From an uncultured Candidatus Saccharibacteria bacterium (GTDB lineage Bacteria > Patescibacteriota > Saccharimonadia > Saccharimonadales > UBA7683), in NCBI GenBank assembly GCA_964541305.1, contig CAZIPE010000001.1:12138-76137 (forward strand): a DNA stretch of 64,000 nucleotides, written 5' to 3'. Below are positions 1 to 8,517 of this stretch, piece by piece. Position 1 is the first letter of the stretch. Every line of letters starts with the position of its first letter. The notes below the pieces were generated by a model. The model had not been told where the DNA came from, searched no databases, and saw nothing but the letters and a program-made list of their open reading frames with translations. Both the position numbers and the translations under genes were made by a program.

Positions 1-498
1 ATGATCAAATGGGTTAATGAGATAAAACTTTTCTAGCGGAATCGTTCTGTTTTTCTCTTCATCTAGAATGTACTGAATCATAGAAAGCACCATGGCGTGA
101 GTGACGAGGATTGCCTGTGTATTTTGTATAGTGAGCTTATGTAGACCCCCTGTTACACGCTTCTTGAAATCGCTAAAATCTTCAATATCTGAGTTTATAA
201 AAACGTCGTGTGGCACATTCCTGTCCTGGTTGGTAAATTCACCAAAATCAAATTCATCAAATTCTGGAATAGAGATAACCTCACTGGGTTTGGCAATTAA
301 TCGGGTGTTTATTATCTCGGCGGTGTCTATGGAGCGATCCAGGGATGAGGCGTAAATCCTACCAAATTCCAATCCTTTCTCTTTTAAGTCTCGAGATATT
401 TCGTGTGCGTACGAAATCCCACTAGGGGTAAGTTGTGTGTTTACGTGTCGGCCAGCAAAAACATTGCGACGATTTGACTCACTTTCGCCGTGTCTCAT
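1..498 (-). CDS. Histidine phosphatase (phosphoglycerate-mutase-like) family protein, 3'-truncated by window edge
   Basis: Minus-strand ORF starting ATG at 498, translating MRHGESESNRR... with the catalytic RHG motif of the histidine phosphatase superfamily. Runs off the window start. Confidence 0.55.
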   Translation of the reverse strand, partial: MRHGESESNRRNVFAGRHVNTQLTPSGISYAHEISRDLKEKGLEFGRIYASSLDRSIDTAEIINTRLIAKPSEVISIPEFDEFDFGEFTNQDRNVPHDVFINSDIEDFSDFKKRVTGGLHKLTIQNTQAILVTHAMVLSMIQYILDEEKNRTIPLEKFYLINPFDH

Positions 499-515
499 AA
501 AGTACACTTGTGCGC

Positions 516-1223
516 TCATAACAAGCCCCTACTCCGCATTCCGTCGTATAAGTTCCCGACTACATCTTCGGCACTTGAATTGGCGTTTATGACTAAAACC
601 CTATCTTTTAATTCTGGTGGGGGCTGTAAGGCGACTTTGTAGAAATCGTCGTAGTACTTCAGGATTATATCTTTATTAAACGCTTTCTTCGAATCGGGCG
701 AATCACGTGTTTCATTGCGTATGAATAGCTGTTCTACTGAGCAGTGCAATATGAATACTAAGTCTGGGATGACTTTAGACCTATCGTATCTCATTGAACC
801 CGGCATGATGTCTGAGAGTGTGGTCCCGGGTTCGTATCTATCGGCTACGAATAAACGAGAGATAACCCCACGATCCTGAAGCAATATAGCATCTGGATCT
901 GAAGATATTGCGGTTCTCAAATTTGCCGCTTCGTGGGCAAGGCGAAGACTTGCTATGGCAGCAACGCGTCTCTCAATATCCGGTGGTCTATCGCCCACAT
1001 GTTTACCGCGAAGTAGTGCTGAGTTTTTTTGCCACCAATCACTGGGTGGGTCCAGTGCGGTTGCCCCGAGGCCCGACCTGACTCCATCGCCACGGCAATA
1101 CGAAACATTTCTGCCTTCTTGGGACAATAGAGAACCTAATTCATAGATAGCAGTGGTTTTCCCAGCGTTATTTATGCCATCTATGGATATCATTGGCGCT
1201 AACTTAGTCATAACTAACCTCAT
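516..1223 (-). CDS. Thymidylate-kinase-like P-loop kinase
   Basis: Walker A IDGINNAGKTT resembles the Tmk motif EGxDGxGKTT, and a DRY motif is present. The 3' end overlaps the upstream oxidoreductase gene by 20 nt, indicating an operon. Confidence 0.55.
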   Translation of the reverse strand: MRLVMTKLAPMISIDGINNAGKTTAIYELGSLLSQEGRNVSYCRGDGVRSGLGATALDPPSDWWQKNSALLRGKHVGDRPPDIERRVAAIASLRLAHEAANLRTAISSDPDAILLQDRGVISRLFVADRYEPGTTLSDIMPGSMRYDRSKVIPDLVFILHCSVEQLFIRNETRDSPDSKKAFNKDIILKYYDDFYKVALQPPPELKDRVLVINANSSAEDVVGNLYDGMRSRGLL

Positions 1224-2664
1224 TTCGTACTAAAAAGTTTTCACCATTTCTTCTCAAAAATGCCGACAAGTACGAAGCGTATAACAGGTTGGTGGTATTT
1301 CTATGAGAATTATAATCAGATCTTGCACTTATTTTCTCATTGCTTACGCATGAAAAGAAGTCTTGAAGACCATTATTCCTCGCCGACCGCATCATGTCTT
1401 CGGGTGCCTTACCAAGTTTATTGAATATTTGGTTAGAGCTAATATGTTCGTACTGCTTGAAAGCTGGGAATAGTGCGCTGTTCCTAAACACGTGGAGATC
1501 GAAATTACCGGACTCCCCTATACCTGTCCCCTCTAATTGTTCGTCGGCGGATGACTCGAGAGAAATAACTTTAACAGTTTGGAGAGGACCAGATATAAAA
1601 TTTAGTGATTCATGTCGCAATCGACCGTTGCCCTTATAAAGATCCCGGCCCTCTGCTGATGGCCAACTCCTTTGAGAAACTCCGTCATGATACATGCCGA
1701 TATTTCCTATAGCTATCTTTTTATTGTTATGATTCATGTAGCTAATCGATAGCTGAGCTGATATTTCTCCGAATTTATCAGCGGATTTGTCTTTAAAGTG
1801 CTCGTCTAAGTGTTTCCGATCTTGCTCTGAGAGTTGCTCTCCCAAGATTTCGTACTGACTATGTGAGGGAAATGCTTCTAGATAGTCCTCGGGGTAAACA
1901 AAGTTGGACACTAGATCAGTGCTAGTAATCTTTTTGCCCCAGCTACGTTCTAGCATCTCTTGGGCGGTGTCGATAGTATGGTATCCGGAATGGAGGCACT
2001 TACCATAGCCGCTATTATATGGATGATAATCTTGATAGATAATTTCTTTTGGTAGGCGCCACTGCCCATCGCTGTGTGAGGCTTCGAATGCAGTTATACC
2101 TACGCCGGATATGTCTACAATCTCGTCTACAAGCTGCCTAACTAAATCGAAGCCGTAGTGATAGCGTCTCTGGGCAAGCACGTTACAAACAAGATGAGGG
2201 TTTATTTTTCTAGCATTCGCGAGTGACTCGAACACTAGATCATAATCTCCTCTAATTGACTCTATCGCCTCGAGACTATTCTTGAGTTTGGTAGGCGCGG
2301 ATAAGGGCTTGTCTATCAACAGGTTAAACTGGTTGGCGAGAGCCCATCGAGCATACATAACATGTGTCTCGGGGTTTGTACTCACGATAATTTTGTCGGT
2401 CTTACATAGATCTGCAATTTCTCGTAAGTACTGGGAGGTTTTCGAGTCCAGTGTATTACCGGTGCCATCCTTTACGCTATATAAATCGAATCGCTCGAAC
2501 TCCAGTGGATACAGCTCTTCGACCAATTTCTTCAATCTGACTATTCGAGGTTCGAGATCGACGAGAACAATAGGGTCCTTGGAATTTTCGACTAAAAATG
2601 GCAGCAAATTTCTAACCGCATGGCGACCACAGCCAATTAACATGGTAGAACTATATTGTGACAT
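1204..2664 (-). CDS. Gfo/Idh/MocA-family NAD(P)-dependent oxidoreductase with large C-terminal domain
   Basis: N-terminal Rossmann signature MLIGCGRHAVRNLLP. Start chosen at MSQYSS (2664) because a TATAAT box lies 7 nt upstream, implying a leaderless transcript. The ORF track extends to 2703. Confidence 0.6.
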   Translation of the reverse strand: MSQYSSTMLIGCGRHAVRNLLPFLVENSKDPIVLVDLEPRIVRLKKLVEELYPLEFERFDLYSVKDGTGNTLDSKTSQYLREIADLCKTDKIIVSTNPETHVMYARWALANQFNLLIDKPLSAPTKLKNSLEAIESIRGDYDLVFESLANARKINPHLVCNVLAQRRYHYGFDLVRQLVDEIVDISGVGITAFEASHSDGQWRLPKEIIYQDYHPYNSGYGKCLHSGYHTIDTAQEMLERSWGKKITSTDLVSNFVYPEDYLEAFPSHSQYEILGEQLSEQDRKHLDEHFKDKSADKFGEISAQLSISYMNHNNKKIAIGNIGMYHDGVSQRSWPSAEGRDLYKGNGRLRHESLNFISGPLQTVKVISLESSADEQLEGTGIGESGNFDLHVFRNSALFPAFKQYEHISSNQIFNKLGKAPEDMMRSARNNGLQDFFSCVSNEKISARSDYNSHRNTTNLLYASYLSAFLRRNGENFLVRNEVSYD

Positions 2665-2745
2665 TACGGCTATTATAATGTATAATATACTTACTAGCAA
2701 CAAGGATTACTACTTTGTTAGATATTTATCATACAACCGCGAGGA

Positions 2746-3549
2746 ATGAGTCGAAAAATGAACGCCACCAGAAACTTATTTATCTCCGAACAACGCCCAC
2801 ACGTTGGTGAGCTAGTTCATTCCACTTTTCATACAGTTGAGGCAGACTGCCCTGCCCTAGAGGACATCCTCGCGTTCAGTCCGCCGGTTCAATTCTCAAG
2901 AGCCATAGCGCTCGTTGCACAAAAAGATGAGACGGGTCAATTTGATCCTCGTCGTCTCACTATTGATGATGACGTGATGCGTTATAAAGAGTTTACCGGT
3001 TGGACTCGCGCAGATAGACAGGGATTTGAATATGGAGAATTGCTTTTGAAATACGGAAAATTTCTATGTGATCAGCTACAAGACTCCCTTACCGACGATG
3101 CATATCATGATCCAGGTTTTACATCAGCGCTCAGCATATTAGTTGAGCACACGCGTCGTTACGCACCATTAACCGACCAACCATTCGAAGATGATTACCT
3201 ACCCCTTTTCGCCGGTACAAATGATTTGAGTTCGAACATTGTCCCAAGTAAATTTGGACCACACATTGACTTTACTCATTCCAGCCCGAGCATTATTGGC
3301 TTTGCTGTCTCGGCTGGCAGTGTCGGCACTATACTGTGCCAAGGAGAGTTTTCTTTTGTTGACCCGACGAGTAGCAAAGAGGAGCTGAATAGTGCCGGTA
3401 ATGGATTAGAAAAAATGGATGCAACTCCTCTCAAGATACATTACGGCGACAGTAGGACATCACTGCATGAGGGACCAGAAATACCACATAATACGTGGCG
3501 GAATTTCGTTCGCTTCTTTATGGGGCCAGCTCATCCAAGACACCCATAA
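2746..3549 (+). CDS. Hypothetical protein
   Basis: 267-aa ORF, divergent from the oxidoreductase operon, with AGGA upstream. No recognisable motif. Confidence 0.4.
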   Translation: MSRKMNATRNLFISEQRPHVGELVHSTFHTVEADCPALEDILAFSPPVQFSRAIALVAQKDETGQFDPRRLTIDDDVMRYKEFTGWTRADRQGFEYGELLLKYGKFLCDQLQDSLTDDAYHDPGFTSALSILVEHTRRYAPLTDQPFEDDYLPLFAGTNDLSSNIVPSKFGPHIDFTHSSPSIIGFAVSAGSVGTILCQGEFSFVDPTSSKEELNSAGNGLEKMDATPLKIHYGDSRTSLHEGPEIPHNTWRNFVRFFMGPAHPRHP

Positions 3550-3603
3550 AGTCTATTATATTTTTTGTAAGTTAGATCAGACTAATGCTAGAATATCTAT
3601 ATA

Positions 3604-4125
3604 ATGAGTCTTTCACTTGTAATTCGCGATTCAGACGTAATACCTGGCTCAACTCCACAGTCCAACATTACGTATAGAGATCGTTTTGCGGCTCGAGCTG
3701 TGGTTCTCAACGATGAGGGTGAAGTATTACTCCTTCACGTATCCCTTCACAACTACCATAAACTACCTGGTGGTGGCATAGAGGCAGATGAAGATGCGCG
3801 GGATGCCTTACAACGCGAACTACTCGAGGAAATAGGCTGTACCGGTAAGATTATTGCTGAACTTGGTCAGGTTACGGAGTATCGGGATCAATTTAAATTG
3901 CATCAAATATCGTACTGTTTCTTGGTCTCAAAAATTGGAGAACAACAGACTCCTATGCTTGAACCCGATGAGAAAGCACAGGGATTCGTAGAGACTAAAG
4001 CAAAAAACCTTAAAGACGCGATTGCTCTGATGAAAAAAGACAATCCGGATAACTACGAGGGCAAGTTCATCACACGGCGAGATGTCGCTATTCTGAAAGC
4101 AGCTTATAAAAATAGACCGCAGTAG
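3604..4125 (+). CDS. NUDIX hydrolase
   Basis: Nudix box GGGIEADEDARDALQRELLEEIG fits the consensus Gx5Ex7REUxEExGU. Confidence 0.8.
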   Translation: MSLSLVIRDSDVIPGSTPQSNITYRDRFAARAVVLNDEGEVLLLHVSLHNYHKLPGGGIEADEDARDALQRELLEEIGCTGKIIAELGQVTEYRDQFKLHQISYCFLVSKIGEQQTPMLEPDEKAQGFVETKAKNLKDAIALMKKDNPDNYEGKFITRRDVAILKAAYKNRPQ

Positions 4126-4417
4126 TTTATATAGTTTAAACAGTATTATTACACAAAAAATTTGGACCAAGGGGCTTGGCTTTATTGGTGCAGTCTAATC
4201 TATTAACAGATTTATTTTATAGATTACACGATGTTCCTGACGCATATCGATTTACTTAAAATTTCAGATCGTGACGCTCGGCCGAGTCAATGAATCGAGA
4301 CTCTACTAGTCTATTTTTTGCTCTAAGAAGTTTAATTATCGGGTTACGGTAGAGAATATTCGAAAAAAGCGGTATACTACACGTTGATACAATAACTAAT
4401 AGAGAGGTAAGACAGAT

Positions 4418-4609
4418 ATGGCTACAGGATACTGCGTTAAATGCAAAGAAAAAGGCGTTGAACTATCAGCACCAGAGATTCACCAAACAGCAAAAGGTGG
4501 CTTTATGGCTAAAGGCAAGCACGAGAAATGTGGAACAACCGTATGTGCAATGATGTCTAAAGATACTGCCGACAAAGCACTAGAAGACGGCGCGAAAAAA
4601 GCGTACTAA
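4418..4609 (+). CDS. Small Cys-containing (zinc-ribbon-like) protein
   Basis: 63 aa with CxxC ... CxxxxC spacing. Strong SD GAGAGG lies 8 nt upstream of the ATG. Confidence 0.45.
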   Translation: MATGYCVKCKEKGVELSAPEIHQTAKGGFMAKGKHEKCGTTVCAMMSKDTADKALEDGAKKAY

Positions 4610-4666
4610 ATACCTAATACACAATGATCTGAATTGCCGACGATTGATTCTAAGTAGTCGATGGTA

Positions 4667-6343
4667 CTACCGTGCTTTTAGACTTTCTCGGCGTTCTATG
4701 CCACGGAGTTCACGCTGAATTAATTCTTTAATTAAATCATTAATTACTGTTCCCCATTGTCTGCTTCTCACGTTTGCACGTGTAGATTCGTCTTCATGAG
4801 TAATTGACAGCATTAATCTTACTGCATCGACATTTTTGAGCCAAAAATTGTCATTAGGTGTAACTCTGCTACTTACAATGTGACTCATAGCCTCATCGGA
4901 AATATCAGTAATGAAGACATTTTTTAAATGACCAACCGTAATACCACCTCTCTCCAAAGCCCCATGATGTGCTATGGTTTTGATAATGGATCGAGTGCAT
5001 CCAGAAATAGAGCTTAACAACTCATGTTTAAGTCGTTCTTTGCGTTGAGCGTTTGTTTCATTTCGGTCATCGCGTGCTGAAGTATTATCACGAACTGTAT
5101 CAATAATAGGAACAGTGTCATCGTATCGGTGCGGTACATCGGAAGAGGCGGCGGCTGGGGTAGTCGTACCTGTTATTACTGACGGTTCTGGTAATGAGTC
5201 CTCAGAATCGTTATATATACGCATTGGTTCGAAATTATCTACATAATCATCTGTTTCGAAAGTGTTTTGATCTGAATAATCACCAACTTGATCTTTCCTG
5301 ATTGCTCTATATATACGATGTCGTCGAACAATAGCAGTGTGACCATTAGTCTTTTGCTCTAGGATTCTGCGCCAACCGTATTGTAGTATATGCCCTTCCT
5401 GATCAAGGATTTCAGAGAGCGCTTCACCGCGAACCTTGGGCCCTAATGTACTCGTTACTCGGCTACGTAAGTGATGTTCAGACAAATCAGCAATAACCTC
5501 TTTCGAATACAAGGCGCGTGCAATTTGGTCTACAGTAACCGTTTGTCCAGAATGCTCTGTCAAACAAAGTGCCGCATAGAGTGCAGCTTTAGGTTGGTCT
5601 ATGTGTCTTTCAGTAAATTTTTTAACTTCCCCATCCGGACAATCTATAGGTACGGGCTCAACTGGAAGTTCGTCCAGTACTGCAAAGATAGAACGATTCT
5701 GGTCCATTAAAGCTAGTGGTAATTCCCAGCTAACCGCTAGTTGACCAACTTTTTCGTCTAGAGAAACAGAATATACCTTAAGTTTTTCAAGTTCTTGACT
5801 GGCTTGATCCTCTTGATCCATTAAATCTATAACAGCATCTTCTAGGTCATTAATTTCTTGATTACTTACCAGCTTAATGCCGCGGGAATCCAATAACTCG
5901 ACTACCGCTTCAACCGATCTAGGAGCAAGCCGTTTCACGGTTGCTAAAAGTTCTTCTGTTTTCTGTCGATGTTTTTGCTGGATTAGTAGTTCCTCAAGAG
6001 CTGCTTCTTGCTCTTTTACAGTAGGCGCCAGTTCATTGACTCGAGCATCTGTTATTTCCAGACCCTTATCGATAGCGAGGCTCGCTTTACCCAGGCTTTT
6101 ATACAAAAGACTCGATTCAGGTGCTATAGCCAAAATATTGGCAAAACTCTCTTCTTGCTCTTCGGCTATACCAAAGTGCACAATATCAAGAATTTCAGGC
6201 TCATCTACGAGCAGAGTATTAGCTTCGTGATATCGAGCATTTTGATCTGCTATTTGCAGTGCAAGTCCATCAGCGTCCACAAGGGTAGCAGACCCGTCTT
6301 CTAGGCCTGCAAATAGCTGGCTTATTTGTTCACTATATTCCAT
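4667..6343 (-). CDS. Hypothetical 558-aa protein (coiled-coil N-terminus, central wHTH-like segment), co-transcribed with upstream helicase
   Basis: Long ORF 64 nt downstream of the helicase on the same strand. Heptad-rich N-terminal half, and a TVDQIARALYS-type helix-turn-helix-like stretch. No known catalytic motif recognised. Confidence 0.6.
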   Translation of the reverse strand: MEYSEQISQLFAGLEDGSATLVDADGLALQIADQNARYHEANTLLVDEPEILDIVHFGIAEEQEESFANILAIAPESSLLYKSLGKASLAIDKGLEITDARVNELAPTVKEQEAALEELLIQQKHRQKTEELLATVKRLAPRSVEAVVELLDSRGIKLVSNQEINDLEDAVIDLMDQEDQASQELEKLKVYSVSLDEKVGQLAVSWELPLALMDQNRSIFAVLDELPVEPVPIDCPDGEVKKFTERHIDQPKAALYAALCLTEHSGQTVTVDQIARALYSKEVIADLSEHHLRSRVTSTLGPKVRGEALSEILDQEGHILQYGWRRILEQKTNGHTAIVRRHRIYRAIRKDQVGDYSDQNTFETDDYVDNFEPMRIYNDSEDSLPEPSVITGTTTPAAASSDVPHRYDDTVPIIDTVRDNTSARDDRNETNAQRKERLKHELLSSISGCTRSIIKTIAHHGALERGGITVGHLKNVFITDISDEAMSHIVSSRVTPNDNFWLKNVDAVRLMLSITHEDESTRANVRSRQWGTVINDLIKELIQRELRGIERRESLKAR

Positions 6344-6407
6344 ATAAATTGTATTATACCAATAAATACCATAAATAGCAATAGTATTATCTATATATCC
6401 TTTTTAC

Positions 6408-7898
6408 TTATTTTTTACGTTTTTGAAAAATGGTGCCACTTGCTCGTCGAATTCTTTCGGCATCTTCGTGTGTAAAGTACGGAATATGACTTCCTTTTTT
6501 GGTTGGAAACTGTTCCGGTTCAATTTTTAAATAAATTGCCACTGATTTGAGCGCTGCAGGAGTCATATCTAGTTCACCCGCCAGCCTACTGAGTCTCGTT
6601 GCACCTAAAGGTACCGTCTGCCCTTCAAGATAGACTCCACTCGCAATTTTTTTAAGGAGAGGCAGTATCCGCTTTGCTTGCTCGGAAAAGTGAACGTAAC
6701 TCATGTCTATTTCAATAGTTTGGAGCAACTCTTCTTCTGGGTCGACCTTAGCGCCTGAGTCTCGCCATATTCTATCAACCATAAGTAGACGTTCGGCGTT
6801 ACCGACAAAGTCAAGTACCTGAACGCGCGATTTTGCACCAGTCTTACGTAGACCACGGCCTAGTTGCTGAAGGTATATTCGTTTTGATCCTGTTTGGCGT
6901 TTAAATACAATCTGTGTTGCCTCTGGCACGTCTATACCTTCGTTAAAGGCGTCAACTGCACAAATTGTACTAATGCCACTGCCGGTCTTAAACGAGTTGA
7001 GTAGACGTTTACGCTCAGTTCTTGTGAGTTCAGAGTGGTAGGCGGCAGAATTTTGGAAGTAGCCCGAAAAATTTTCAGCGTCTTCAATTGAACTACAGAA
7101 AATTATTCGCTTCACTTCTTTAAGATTCTCAGACTTCTCATGTATTATTTTGGCTATTTCATCGTCGCGTTTTGGTACAAATACTTTGCGGTCTAATTGC
7201 TCAAAAGGATATTCCTCGCCGTAATCATCGATAAGTCTGCGCTCTTCAATAACTTCGTCAGTGATAATGTGATAGTCCACGCTTGCAAGGAGTCTATTAC
7301 GTATTGCCTCCTCAAGTGTCATGCTGTACACTTCTTGGCCAAAAATATCTCGAATATCTTTAACATCCATTCGATCAGGAGTCGCAGTTACGCCGAGCAA
7401 GTGTTCAAAATCAAAGTATCTTAGAGTGGGCTCGTAAGTGTCGGCTTTCGCGTGATGTCCTTCATCAACTGTGCCAAATGTAAACTCATCTTTCAAAAAA
7501 GCAGGATGCCATTCGCGCATCACTTGAAATGATCCGAATAAAACAGATACTTCATCATAGTTTCGGCCATCGCCGCTAAATAGTCCGTATTCAAACTCTT
7601 CTCCAACTATGGATTCAAATCGTTCGTGGGCTTGATTAAGGATGTCATTGTTATCATTCAGAAATAAACCACGAGCAGACGGGTCTCTTAGGAGTCTACG
7701 GCGGGCATCAGCGGCCATCACGGTTGTCTTGCCTAGTCCTGGCGCCATAACGATAAGCGAGGAGGTATTACCTTGTTTTTCATTTTCGGCAATCGCATCA
7801 AGGGCTTCAATTTGATAGTCACGCACCTCTACTTCTGGCACACGATGATTAATTTCTCTCATCAATTCAATACTGGAGAGTTCTTTTGGGGTACTCAT
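6408..7898 (-). CDS. SF2 helicase, ResIII/DEAD-DEAH (DExH) family
   Basis: Motif I APGLGKT, motif II DEGHH, motif III TATP, motif VI QQLGRGLR. Has a ~100-aa C-terminal extension. Confidence 0.85.
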   Translation of the reverse strand: MSTPKELSSIELMREINHRVPEVEVRDYQIEALDAIAENEKQGNTSSLIVMAPGLGKTTVMAADARRRLLRDPSARGLFLNDNNDILNQAHERFESIVGEEFEYGLFSGDGRNYDEVSVLFGSFQVMREWHPAFLKDEFTFGTVDEGHHAKADTYEPTLRYFDFEHLLGVTATPDRMDVKDIRDIFGQEVYSMTLEEAIRNRLLASVDYHIITDEVIEERRLIDDYGEEYPFEQLDRKVFVPKRDDEIAKIIHEKSENLKEVKRIIFCSSIEDAENFSGYFQNSAAYHSELTRTERKRLLNSFKTGSGISTICAVDAFNEGIDVPEATQIVFKRQTGSKRIYLQQLGRGLRKTGAKSRVQVLDFVGNAERLLMVDRIWRDSGAKVDPEEELLQTIEIDMSYVHFSEQAKRILPLLKKIASGVYLEGQTVPLGATRLSRLAGELDMTPAALKSVAIYLKIEPEQFPTKKGSHIPYFTHEDAERIRRASGTIFQKRKK

Positions 7899-8024
7899 AA
7901 TCTTCTAATTATACAACACAATACTCAAAAAAACAACATTCTGTTGCGGTTTATATCTCAGAGTAATTTGAGTAACTGCTAAGTATTTTCGTCTAAAGCT
8001 CATGTGATAAAGTATGTATTAGTC

Positions 8025-8420
8025 ATGAGCAATATAAAAATAGCGCTGATTGAAGACGATAAGGACATAGTAGATATGTATGTGACTCGTTTTCGAATTA
8101 CCGGTGGTTTTGAAGTAAAAGTTGCTAATGATGGAGCCCGTGGCTTAGAGCTTATTCACACTTTTCAACCCGACATCATTCTCCTGGACATGATGATGCC
8201 ACGTATGTCGGGCATAGAAACACTCACCCGTCTTCGAAAACTGCCCCACGGAGAAGACTATAAGGTCATCGCATTGACCAATATGAAAGATAATGATACA
8301 GTCAACAAAATTAAACTATTGCATGTCAGCGATTATCTCGTTAAAGCTGAACACTCTCCGGGCGCCATTGTTGAGAGAATCTATAGTATTGTCGGACAAA
8401 CTGCTGACGAAACAAAATAA
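8025..8420 (+). CDS. Stand-alone response-regulator receiver (CheY-like) protein
   Basis: IALIEDDKDIVDMY ... ILLDMMMPRMSGIE ... KVIALT receiver signature with no output domain. ATG at 8025; the ORF track begins at GTG 8004. Confidence 0.8.
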   Translation: MSNIKIALIEDDKDIVDMYVTRFRITGGFEVKVANDGARGLELIHTFQPDIILLDMMMPRMSGIETLTRLRKLPHGEDYKVIALTNMKDNDTVNKIKLLHVSDYLVKAEHSPGAIVERIYSIVGQTADETK

Positions 8421-8467
8421 CGAATAATACGGCAGGACGCCTAGGTCTATACTCCTTATCCTTTCTT

Positions 8468-8476
8468 TGCTACAAT
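8468..8476 (+). promoter_or_regulatory. Extended -10 element TGcTACAAT upstream of giant HK gene
   Basis: TGCTACAAT lies 42 nt upstream of the TTG start. The same 12-mer TGCTACAATAGA recurs upstream of the second giant gene at 13891. Confidence 0.35.
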
Positions 8477-8517
8477 AGACTACAGTTACGAGGAGATAAT
8501 ACAAGGGGAATAAGGGT

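Noticed and set aside
101-355. 84-aa plus-strand ORF at window start
   Set aside because: It is antisense to a motif-supported histidine-phosphatase CDS (RHG motif) on the minus strand.
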